A stretch of 64,000 nucleotides of DNA from Stylophora pistillata (Eukaryota): assembly GCF_002571385.2 (NCBI RefSeq), contig NW_019218070.1:245261-309260 (forward strand), written 5' to 3'. The translations under genes and the position numbers were made by a program. Below the pieces are notes generated by a model, which was not told the DNA's origin, did no database searches, and saw nothing but the letters and a program-made list of their open reading frames with translations. Below, piece after piece: positions 48,012-59,320 of the stretch. Each line of letters opens with the position of its first letter. Position 1 is the first letter of the stretch.

Positions 48012-49239
48012 TTAGAGACAAACACGAAGTTGCATTTGGACACCAGTCTGAAGTTTGGATAAACCTAAAAGTTTAACGATGATTCCTCAAGTCCATGAAT
48101 AATTGTTATAGTTCACTCTTTTTGGGCCATTTGAGTCAATTGTAAGAGGAAACAATTAGTCATTATAAGTTTACCTCGCTTTTCGATATCATGAGGGCAA
48201 GTTGGCAGATCTTGGCAATTCCGATTCCTCCAGCTCTGAGCATTGTATGAGAAGGGTTATTGATACTCGACAGGGGCCTAGCTAGTTAACAACCTTTTTT
48301 CGACCGTTGACAATTAAATCATTGAATAGAGAGTTTTAGATCCACTTTTCGAGAGTTCAGCGCTAACTTCAAACTGCGGTCAGCTCTTAGATCGACGTCA
48401 CGACGTCACGACGAGATAGGATATGGACGTACGCAATAGCAAGAATAGCCTACAACCTTTAAGGTAATCCATGGGAAATGTTAAACGAACTTGAACTTGG
48501 AGTTCTTGCTTTCCTAAGGAATTCTAACAACAGTTCACGCTTTCGCAGCAAATTCGTCAAGAACCAATAACAAATGAGCCATAACACTCTTGTGGTGCGA
48601 AATGTTCTTAATTTTCCTGCTTGGATTAACCTACTTCGAGCTCCAACTTTTACACATCCTGAGCACGAAAAAGCGCTCCTGGAAACAACGATAGCAGAAA
48701 CGCATTTCTGAATTATGCTGTTGACTTATATGGGAATCTATGCTTTATGATGTCCTTCAACCAGTCCCTGACGTCACGATGGTAATGTTGTTTAGAAATG
48801 GGTGCCTTTTCCTTATATTTCTCTCCAGTTATGATCTTGTTTCATGGGTACAATAATTCCTTTTCCCATGAAATGCTGTTCTTGTAATTGTTTTCTTTTT
48901 GTTCTTCACGACTCTTTAAAGTAACAAAAAACCCAATAATACGTATGCGATATTTATGAAGTACATATCACACCATGGGGGTAAAAACTTTGGTTTTCTA
49001 GTGGCCCAATCGGATTGGCTTAAAAGAAAAGACCTCATATCAGATACCGTTTACAGGACATGAGTGTGAATTTTAAAGAGGAGTAGGATGAAGAAAAGCG
49101 CTGGGAGTAGGGAGTTGACCTACCTGAAACTACCCCGCCAGGAGTTCAAACGTGGACTGAAATGGTGATCATGACCGCTGGAGCCTGATCGCGTGACTCC
49201 TAGCGATTTGCTGTCGGACGTCATAAACAATCGAGGATC

Positions 49240-49533
49240 TAGCCTGCAGTGCAGGCGTCTTCTAAGGGCGAGTTAATGTTAGGAAGCTCGCGATCGTTTG
49301 TTGAACCGGCCACGTTTAATTTGGTGTCAGAGTCGACGGTAGGGGGAAAGGGGCGAGAAGACACTCTCCCACCCAGCCTATCTCCTTACTTTTGACTTTC
49401 ACCCATCCCCTTAGTACAAATTCCTTTCTCTCCTTAGCCTTCCGCTGCCATAATAAATCAAAGATAGCGGCCATATTTCGCTATGAAAATACTGAACACT
49501 CGGTCGCCCAAAATACGCCTGCTCTGCAGGCTA
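49240..49533. mobile_element. MITE
   Basis: Termini TAGCCTGCAGTGCAGGCGT ... ACGCCTGCTCTGCAGGCTA. Confidence 0.7.
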
Positions 49534-51984
49534 ACATGGATCTAAACTTCTCTATCTTAGGAGGTTTGACAACTGAAGGATAACACCGATGAGGCCTTAT
49601 ATAAGACTATAAATGTAAGTCATCGGGTGGAACTTAGTCTCTCTCTAAGTCTTTTTAAGTTCCTTTGCACCTAGTACCTAGCGATGGCTTTTAGGAGATC
49701 ATTCAACACTGGTTGACAAATTAGGAAACATATCGTTCGGCTAGCTGTAAAATTAAGATATGCTAGATATAACATCAAGATATCTGATCAAGCGGGGCCA
49801 ATATCAATCAGAGAAAGGAAGTCATAAAGTAGAAAGTGAATGTATTGCAGATAATAGTAATTTGAAAGTGCCAATCGTTTCAAATACGACTGCCTTAATT
49901 GCTCAACCTGAAAGTTTTATTTCCGTAGAAATTTCAACAAAGGAATAGAAGGAAGGAAGAAGATATCACTGTTCCATCAATGATACTGATCACCTCTTTC
50001 GAGTGTCGTACCTTAACATGCATGAAAACTTGCACGATTTTCGACACTAAACTTGTTGACGTTTGATTGATGCGAATTTGGAGCATATTGTTCCTGTTTT
50101 CTTTACGATCTCACTCATCTCGGCAACATACGAGGCTTCGCCTCCGATTGGAAGCAGAAGCCACCATAAATCAGTTAAATCTAAGTTTTCTAATAGGAAG
50201 TCTTAGATAACTTTGTTCTTCCTATCGAAATCAACTCATTACGAGCAAGACTTCAGTTGCTTGAGGACTCCATTACTCATCTTGTTAGGAGCGAAATTTA
50301 AAGAGCGGTCTTCCTGTTTTGCAAGTGCATTGATCTGTGAATCCTGAACGTCAAAGGCTTGTGGAAAAAAAGTAAGATAATGTGGTTAACTCTTCCCATC
50401 TTCTTGTTAGCAGGAAAAACCTGAGATTGAAGTCCAAACTATAATGGTCTANATCATTTTCAGTTTTATTTTGGAAGTTACCAGTTTACTTTTACCTCAA
50501 CTTTATGAACTCTAGGCAGACCTTAGGAAATATGTTTACTTTCACTTCATGTTCATTATTCAGATCTTCGTGAATTATATCCAAGCTGTTGTGTGACTCA
50601 ATGAACATGTTACTGAAATGTACGGGTTTTTTCTGGGATATTAGCATTTTCCTCATGTATCCTGATTTGACTAGGGAGTCTCATTTTCTGAAGTAATTAA
50701 AATAAAGATTGGAGAAAAAACCTATAGAGACCATTTGATCATAATAACTTTGGAGAAATTCCTGAAAAGGTTTATAAATTTCTTGATAGCAGCCAAGATT
50801 TTCTACGCAATAGTGATGAGGCTGAAAAATGAAAGAATAAAATTAATCAAAACGAAATTTCCCAAAGGTGATTGTTTCATCACCTGTTCGTGCAGAGGTC
50901 CCCCAGGAGAGTATTAGATCGCATATAAGCTTTTCTTCCTAGACTCTTCAACCTAAAGCCATTATGTGAACGGGAGGTAAATCCCGTACACCTCTACTCG
51001 AGCGGAATTTTAATTTGTCTTTATTTTAGTGTCGCATGTCCTCCGCTCACGGAGATACCCCAGGCAGAAGTTAAGGCTCGCTCCGCAAAAGATTCAATTG
51101 GGTTTCGATGTGCATTATTGTTTCCCTTTAGTCGTAACCCACGCAGTCGGGCCTTTCAGGTAATCATTGATGGTTGCGGGCTTTAACTGTTCTGTGTTTC
51201 TTTAATAATGAATTTATGGGGCTTAGAATTTACCATTTATCACTGTTCAGTTATTTGTTTACCGAGAGTGAAGATAAATGTAATCAATTACCACTGTTTT
51301 GTGATTTAGTCTTTCATTTTCAGTTTTATTTTGGAAGTTACCCGTTTACTTTTACCTCAACTTTATGAACTCTAGGCAGACCTTAGGAAATACGTTTACT
51401 TTAACTTCATGTTTATCATTCAGATCTTCATGAATTATATCCAAGCTGTTGTGTGACTCAATAAACATGTTACTGAAATTTACGGATTCTTTCTGGGTTA
51501 TTAGCATTTTCCTCATGTATCCTGATTTGACTAGGGAATGAACTAATTAAAATGAAAATTGGAGAAAAAACTTATAGTGACCATTTGATTATAATAACCT
51601 TGGAGAAAGTCCTGAAAATGTTTATAAATTTCTTGATAACAGCCAAGATTTTCTACGTAGTAGTGATGAGGCTGAAAAATGAAAGAATAAAATTAATCAA
51701 AACGAAATTTCCCAAAGGTGATTTTTTCATCACATGTTCGTGCAGAGTATTAGAACGCCTATAATTTTTTCTTCCTAGACTCTTCAACCTAAAGCCATAT
51801 TATGTAAACGGGAGGTAAATACCGTACAACTCTACTTGCGCGGAATTTTTAATTTGTCTTTTTTTTGGTGTCGCACGTCCTCCGCTCAAGAGATACCCCA
51901 GCATAGCCCACTTAAGCATGTTCAATACTACTCGCCAGTACACAGTTATCAAAACGGCAGTTTTGGAGATTTATTCTGCGAAAN

Positions 51985-52692
51985 TGTTGCATTCGCATCG
52001 GCGTAACGTTAGCAGTTAAAGTGCGCATTTAAATCTGTACGTGCAAGTAGTCTTATTTAATATGCATATACATCACGCTGCGAAAAACAGGAACATCCGG
52101 CGACTTCAATTCTCGATCAAATAGAGTTAAAGACCTCATATCCTTGTTATTTTTTCAAAAATTAATGAATCATATTTCGAGGTGAGTTCGTTTTCCTCGT
52201 CAACAGAGAGGTTTCAAACTTAGCTATAGTATGAGATAGAATAAATATATGAAAATCATATATTTTGAACTGCGGTATTTGATACGTATGATGCACGATC
52301 CTCGCAGTAGATAGCGCTATTTAAGCAAATGAATTTCGCTATTGCTTAAATAGCGCTATCTACTGCGAGGATCGTGCATCATACGTATCAAATACCGCAG
52401 TTCAAAATATATGATTTTCATATATTTATTCTATCTCATACTATAGCTAAGTTTGAAACCTCTCTGTTGACGAGGAAAACGAACTCACCTCGAAATATGA
52501 TTCATTAATTTTTGAAAAAATAACAAGGATATGAGGTCTTTAACTCTATTTGATCGAGAATTGAAGTCGCCGGATGTTCCTGTTTTTCGCAGCGTGATGT
52601 ATATGCATATTAAATAAGACTACTTGCACGTACAGATTTAAATGCGCACTTTAACTGCTAACGTTACGCCGATGCGAACTGAATGCAACAAC
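51985..52692. repeat. Near-perfect long palindrome (~340-bp arms, 13-bp spacer)
   Basis: 51992-52328 is the reverse complement of 52342-52678. The spacer is ATGAATTTCGCTA. Confidence 0.9.
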
Positions 52693-52981
52693 GAAAGAAA
52701 ACATGCAATCAATGACTAAGAACTTGAAAAAAAACCTTTACAAAATAAGCAGCTAAAAAGTGGAAAAAAAAATAATCTGTGATGACAGCAACGTTGGCAA
52801 ACATTTTCAGTAATGACCGAGAAACACAAAACAAAACTCTTATGGCCACTTGTGGCGGTGTGTTTTAACCCTTTATTTGCTTCATTGTCCGCATTTTTCT
52901 TTAACACGCATCAACAGCTTCAAATAATGAACCAAAAACCAAAAAAGGAGATGAAATATTGGCTCAGCTTGTGATCTGCTC

Positions 52982-52988
52982 TATAAAA
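52982..52988 (+). promoter_or_regulatory. TATA box
   Basis: TATAAAA about 120 bp upstream of ATG 53103. Confidence 0.6.
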
Positions 52989-53102
52989 CAACGTTTTCAC
53001 TAGAACTTATTTCCATAATTCAAAGCTCACATAGCAGCAAAAAGTACGCCTCTTGTGTTGAACCGACCTCACCACTGAAAGTTCTCGCCTGACTGTACAA
53101 AT

Positions 53103-53981
53103 ATGGCCTGCAAACTTGCTGTTGTAATATTAACAGCAATAGTCTGTTTCGGTCTGAAAGACACTGCTGTGTTGGCTCAATCGGAATGCTCCTTGGTTGA
53201 AAGCACCACCGACAGGTGCCGCAGTGCTAACTCTATCAGAATCCTGGAGCAAGAGGTGCCTAAAGGTACGGAAAAGACGATTAAACTTCCAGGCAAGCAA
53301 AAAGAAGTCAGATGGTTATGTGGATCATCAGAAGAACGAACTGCATGGAACACCCCTGCCAATCAGCTTCGAATCACCTACCAGAGCGACGGAGCAATTC
53401 GATGGGCGGTTTACAACTGCCCCGACCTTACGGGACCAACGAAAGCGGGGTTACGATGCGCAGTTCCAGAAACCACTGAGTTCTGTCCTAAATTTAATGG
53501 CGTAAACTCAAGTGCTTGTGTCTTTGAGTTGAAGAGATCGACTTCTCATGTGGATCAGAAGACAACAACAGTATCAGTCACTGGAACTCTGAGAGCAGAG
53601 GTAGAAAAGGAGGCCGGCCCGTTGACAGCAAAAGGTTCTGCTGAAGTACAAGCCGGAGTTTCGCATTCCATTACAAAAGCAAAAATCGTCTCCCATGAGT
53701 CCCGACAATTTCTGGTCATACCCCCCGGATTTTCCTTCTGCGCCTTCACCAACAACACAAGTGTGGCTGATGTCAATGCTCCCACTGGTTTTCGTTGGCG
53801 ATGCTCGTTCCCGGAGTACATTCAGGCAGAGGAGAGGTTTACTAACGGACGCTGTTCGAGTTTGGAAATCTGTGAAGTTGGTGTATGTGGAAGGACGACG
53901 ACAAGCGGCGGAAACTTCAACGAACTCAGCGTTTTGAAACTTTTCATGATCATAATATTTTTTCGCTCTCTTATCAATTAG
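53103..53981 (+). CDS. Intronless secreted Cys-rich protein with an aerolysin/ETX-type beta-pore-forming-like segment and a C-terminal GPI-signal-like tail (292 aa)
   Basis: Signal peptide MACKLAVVILTAIVCFGLKDTAVLA. The Ser/Thr-rich strands and alternating hairpin KTTTVSVTGTLRAEVEKEAGPLTAKGSAEVQAGVSHSIT are followed by LVIPPG. The C-terminus is TTTSGG plus a hydrophobic tail. Confidence 0.8.
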   Translation: MACKLAVVILTAIVCFGLKDTAVLAQSECSLVESTTDRCRSANSIRILEQEVPKGTEKTIKLPGKQKEVRWLCGSSEERTAWNTPANQLRITYQSDGAIRWAVYNCPDLTGPTKAGLRCAVPETTEFCPKFNGVNSSACVFELKRSTSHVDQKTTTVSVTGTLRAEVEKEAGPLTAKGSAEVQAGVSHSITKAKIVSHESRQFLVIPPGFSFCAFTNNTSVADVNAPTGFRWRCSFPEYIQAEERFTNGRCSSLEICEVGVCGRTTTSGGNFNELSVLKLFMIIIFFRSLIN

Positions 53982-55199
53982 CCGTAGAAGTTAAGGCTCG
54001 CTCCGCAAAAGATCCAATTGGGTTTCGATGTGCAATATTGTTTCTCTTTAGTCGTAACCCACGCAGGCCTTTCAGGTAATCATTGATGGTTGCGGGCTTT
54101 AACTGTTCTGTGTTTCTTTAATAATGAATTTATGGGGCTTAGAATCTACCATTTATCACTGTTCAGTTATTTGTTTACCGAGAGTGAAGATAAATGTAAT
54201 CATTCGACAATTACCAATGTTTTGTGATTTACTCTTTCATTTTCAGTTTTATTTTGGAAGTTACCAGTTTACTTGACCTCAACTTTATGAACTCTAGGCA
54301 GACCTTAGGAAATATGTTTACTTTCACTTCATGTTCATTATTTAGATCTTCGTGAATTATATCCAAGCTGTTGTGTGACTCAATGAACATGTTACTGAAA
54401 TGTACGGGTTTTTTTCTGGGATATTAGCATTTTCCTCATGTATCCTGATTTGACTAGGGAATCTCATTTTCTGAACTAATTAAAATAAAAATTGGAGAAA
54501 AAAACCTATAGAGACCATTTGATCATAATAACCTTGGAGAAAGTCCTGAAAATGTTCATAAATTTCTTGATAGCAGCCAAGATTTTCTACGCAATAGTGA
54601 TGAGGCTGAAAAATGAAAGAATAAAATTAATCAAAACGAAATTTCCCAAAGGTGATTGTTTCACCACATGTTCGTGCAGAGGCCCCCCAGAAGAGTTTTA
54701 GATCGCATATAAGTTTTTCTTCCTTGACTCTTCAACCTAAAGCCATTATGTAAACGGGAGGTAAATCCCGTACACCTCTACTTGAGCGGAATTTTAATTT
54801 GTCTTTATTTTAGTGTCGCAGGTCCTCCGCTCACGGAGATACCCAGCGTAGCCCACTTAAGCATGTTCAACACTACTCGCCAGTACACAGTTATCAAAAC
54901 GGCAGTTTTGGAGATTTATTCTGCGAAAGGAACAAATCTTTTTTCAAATTGAAAATATCTGCATAATTATGTTTTGTGCCCATCTGAGAGACCCTTAATA
55001 TCAGTTTAGAGAGAGACAAAAGATTAAGAACGGAGACAGAGATGAGGGAAANNNNNNNNNNNNNNNNNNNNNNNNNNNNNNNNNNNNNNNNNNNNNNNNN
55101 NNNNNNNNNNNNNNNNNNNNNNNNNNNNNNNNNNNNNNNNNNNNNNNNNNNNNNNNNNNNNNNNNNNNNNNNNNNNNNNNNNNNNNNNNNNNNNNNNNN

Positions 55200-55590
55200 G
55201 TCGGAGCGAATAGAGGAATTGTGGGTTGTGTGTGCTTTTAAAGGCAGAAAATGGAGCTACGTTATTGGTGGGAACATGGCAACGAGAAAAACAAGAATAA
55301 ATTAGTGGAATGAAAAGCGTTCGTTGGCAGTCTAAATCCCACAGGGATCAATGAACGCTTTTCATTCCACTAATTTATTCATGTTTTTCTCGTTGCCATG
55401 TTCCCACCAATAACGTAGCTCCATTTTCTGCCTTTAAAAGCACACACAACCCACAATTCCTCTATTCGCTCCGACGAAGGGCTAACGCTCGAAACGTCAG
55501 CTTTTGTAATCGTTGCGGTGGCCAAATTATTTCGTTACTCCCACCGACGCACCCCCAAACAGTTTCTTTCGAAACTATCAGCCTTTCTTC
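55200..55590. mobile_element. Penelope-like inverted pseudo-LTR with hammerhead-like core
   Basis: 55200-55322 is inverted relative to 55353-55475, followed by CTCCGACGAAGGGCTAACGCTCGAAACGTCAGC and the tail CGACGCACCCCCAAACAGTTTCTTTCGAAACTA shared with 13594-13650. Confidence 0.75.
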
Positions 55591-56599
55591 AACCTAAAGC
55601 CATTATGTAAACGGGAGGTAAATCCCTTACACCTCTACTTGCGCGGAATTTTTAATTTGTCTTTATTTTAGTGTCGCATGTCCTCCGCTCACGGAGATAC
55701 CCCAGGATAGCCCACTTAAGCATGTTCAACACGACTCGCTAGTACGCAGTTATCAAAACGGCAGTTTTGGAGATTTATTCTGCGAAAGCACCAGATCTTT
55801 TTTCAAATAGAAAAGCTTTAGTTAGCCATTTGTCACTTAAGAACTGAAAATATCTGCATAATTATGTTTTGTGCCCATCTGAGAGACCGTTAATATCAGT
55901 TTAGAGAGAGACTAAAGATTAAGATCGGAGACAGAGATGAGGGAAAACTAATATAAGATCCATGCACTGCCTTAGAACAGAATTTAATTCGTGATCTGCT
56001 CTTATGGTCTAAGGGAAGGTAGACAGAGGTTTAAACCATAGCAAATCGAGTGAAAGTAAAAATAAAATAAAAAACTTTCAAGTTGATGTTTGAGCTGAAC
56101 AAACAGATAAGGGAACACCCTTGAAAGAAGGTGAAAAAATCAGTTAAAGTAAGTCCTGATAACTTTTCTCATTATATTAAATCAGATTACAAGGAGCAAG
56201 ACCTCAGGTGCTTGAGGAATACATTACTCATCTTGCTAGGAGCGGAATTAAAAGAATCCTGGGTCTTCCTGTTTTGCAAGCCGTGCAATGATCTGTGAAT
56301 CCTGAACATCAAAAGGTTCCGGAGAAAATTAAGATACTATAGCTAACTATTCCCATTTTACCGTTAGCAGGAAAAACCTGCAATTTTTTCCGTCGAGAAT
56401 CCATGGGTTATTATTTAAGAATTGCACTTTTAAAATGCCCTGCCAGCTCTGAGGCAGTTTGTTCGCTGCATGAATACACACACTTTGATCTGAGCGGCAA
56501 AGAAAACAACTCCTCGAAGCAACAGAAAAGAAAATCAACCATCCGAACGAATCGAAATGCGTGTTTCCGCGCCAAAACCGGCTAGGGCTTGCGCATAGT

Positions 56600-59320
56600 T
56601 ACGTTATTCAGCTCCGTCGGCATGGTGTAGTGGCGGATGTAGAAGTGTCTTAGCGGTGCAAAATCAGCACAGATACTGTGTATAATACGCTCAAAACGCA
56701 TACAAGATATGCACACAGCGTTCGCGGTGTGCATATCGAACGTTTTTGGAACGGATCGGTCCGCGAATCTTATGAGAAATTCCGATGTCTATGAGCGAAC
56801 ATGTATGAGTGAGCCTTTCATCGAGAAACACCATATATCAACTGAGCTATGTAATGTTAATCGAGAGAAGCATAAACGCAAATCTTATCGTGTATGTATA
56901 CGTGATCGTGAACCAAGCAGTATACCAATACTAAGTTTGAAAAGTTTAAGGAACAAGAGCAGAAAGGTTAGAGAGTTTATCTATGCACGTATTATTTCGT
57001 GTATACCCATGTCATCTACATTGTACTACTGCGAAGGATCGTGTATCATACGTATTTAATACCGCAGTTNAAAATATATGAACTTCATATATTCATTGTA
57101 TCTGATTTATCATCACGGGTTTATTACGAATCAACTTAACGGCCTGCTCCCAGATGGCTTGTTAGCTCAATTGGTAGAGCGCTGCACTAGTATCGCAGAG
57201 GTCAGTGGTTCGAATCCCGTACAGGCCTGAGTTTTTTCAGGTTAGATTTTCGCTATTGCATAAATAGCGCTATCTACTGCGAAGGATCGTGCATCATACC
57301 TACATTGTACTGTTATGTAAATGCTAGAAAAGTATTTAAAAAAACCACGTTCAAGTTTAACTGTCGTGAAAGAATTTGTCAGAGTTTGAGAAAGATAAAA
57401 CATCGTGCTAGTCGATATTTAATATTGTTTTCTTGTAACGAACTTGTGTGATCTTGCAAGAGTGAGGCTCAGTCATGTAGCAAATTATTGCAACTATAAA
57501 CTAAGTAGAGACATAGAAAAAATCCTGGTCCTCCACTATATGTTGACCCTAACAAAACCATAGCAGCTCCTTATAGTAAAGGTAGCGAGTTTGTTTTTGG
57601 ACAGAACGCTGGACAACAGTGTGTTGCCATGAGTTTGTGCTCTTTGTTTGATTTATAACACACAGGAGATCAGCTCTGCAAATGATCTGACACAAATAAT
57701 GAATATTCGAAATCAGTTGTATTCAAGTTTGTCTTGGTTAGCTAGACAGGCATTTTTATAGCAGTCAGAATTACCAATAGCCAGCATTAAATGTGTTTGA
57801 TACTTATTATCAACTGGAATATAGTGAAAGGTACTCTGATACCATTCGCCATGAAACTACTCTTATAGAGAGATATCAGTACGGCACCTCTTTGCAAAGA
57901 GTCTTTGAGTCGCTCATATCTGAAAACTACACCAATTTCATGTTAACAGTAAGGTGTATTACTGTTGCAATCTATTGTAATAACAATATGGGTTTTAAAA
58001 TATTTGATTCTCATGCTAGAGATTTGTATGGTAGAGGGCAGCCTCAAGGTACATATGTTCTTGGAGTACTGTCCCTCAACAGTTTGGTACATTATTTTCA
58101 GAGTATACATTAAAAATTATATATTTGAAGTGAGAGGAGTACAAATTGAGAATATTTAAAATAGGATGGTTTCTCAAAACAGTGAATGAAACCACAAACC
58201 TCTTTCTAAGGTATGCTAGCTGTAGCTCTATAATCTCTCTGCAACTAGCTACTCTATAATGAAACAATGTAACTACTGGAATTACAACTCATCCTTTCTT
58301 ACCATTGTTGACAATGGCAATAAATTGTGGTGTAATTCACATTTAGAAGACAGTCAGTTATCACCAGCTAATCTTAGTCCAAGAACTGTAGGTATTTGTG
58401 GAACTGAAGTAAATTTAGATAATTTGTTTGAGAGTGAAGGACTATTAACTGATTCGAATCAGTGCAAGTCAATGATTCTTGAGAACAATACAATAAATAA
58501 TAGTGAATGCACAGGGTTTTTGATATTGTTTTCCTCGTATTGCATCAGTTGTAACTTGAAAACCACAAAAAGTTCAAAATATATGTATTCTCTCCTGCTT
58601 CATAATGAAAGAGACGCGTCTATTCAATACGCTAAGACATAAGTGGAACGGCCTCACATGCTGATGCCATTAGAAAAGTACAAGAGAAATGTAACACTCC
58701 AGGGCATTACACAATACAGTTTCAACTACATGTTCATGTAAAGTAGTTGACAGAAAGGAAAGAAAGAAATTGTTGATTAATTGTAGACAGAAACAAGACT
58801 ATAAAACAATGGAGCCACCGAAGAAAAAAAATATTTTTGGAGAAAAAACAAGTCAGTGATCTGAAAAATAAAGAAGAAATACAGAAAAACTGTCCCAAAA
58901 ATACAAAACAATGGATACTGTTAAGAAACAAAGCATACTAAAGAAAATGGCACAAGAATACAAAACTATGCATTCTGGTAAGAAATTAAACTTGTTAATC
59001 AAAAAGGGCACAAGAATGCAAAACTATGGATTCTATAAGAAATAAAAACCAGAAAAGCATAAGAATACAAAACAATGGACACTGCTACAAAACAAGAACT
59101 ACAAAAGTATTGTATCCATAAGTTTGAAACTTTAGATTCATGTAATGAAGATTTTAACAAAAATAAAGGAAAGCCCATATTGGATATATTGTAAATGTAA
59201 CAGGAAACTTTATAAGAAATCTGTCCAAAAACTCAATAAAACTAGTTACCCTTGTCTGGACATTTTTGATATAGTATTGTCATTTGATGGAAAAACTGAG
59301 TCTGTAAGACTTGTTAATTA
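56600..59320 (+). mobile_element. Decayed Helitron/Helentron-like element 5' region (2A-like motif, herpes-tegument-type deubiquitinase, Lys-rich repeats, Cys-rich motif)
   Basis: Frameshifted KLSRDIEK-NPGP at ~57498-57533, FGQNAGQQCVAMSLCSL at ~57596-57646, FKIFDSHARD at ~57994-58023 and PYWIYCKCNRKLYKKSV at ~59175-59226. No Rep/helicase region is visible, and the boundaries are approximate. Confidence 0.65.
57026..57299 (+). mobile_element. tRNA-containing short retroposon with terminal direct repeat and target-site duplication
   Basis: Internal A box TAGCTCAATTGGTAGAGCG and B box GGTTCGAATCCC. Both ends carry CTACTGCGAAGGATCGTG(T/C)ATCATAC, and the element is flanked by CTACATTGTA on both sides. 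Confidence 0.75.

Larger units (their letters stand above)
50170..56380 (+). repeat. Local multi-copy segmental repeats of the 3' flank of the 53103-53981 gene
   Basis: Approximate pairs: 51066-51983 with 53985-54927; 50455-51060 with 54237-54845; 55586-55945 with 54730-55051; 50170-50425 with 56140-56380. The same spurious ORF (LIIITLEK...TCSCR) recurs three times. Confidence 0.85.

Noticed and set aside
48175-48237. Exon-like segment with AG/GT ends on the minus strand
   Set aside because: It is isolated, has no recognisable product, and does not fit a fourth cytokine-like gene.
50735-54701. Three similar short ORFs (LIIITLEK...TCSCR)
   Set aside because: They have variable starts and ends, mostly at non-ATG codons, and are explained by duplicated non-coding flank.
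57155-57227. Possible tRNA gene
   Set aside because: It is embedded in a TSD-flanked repeat with a poor acceptor stem, so it is treated as part of a retroposon.
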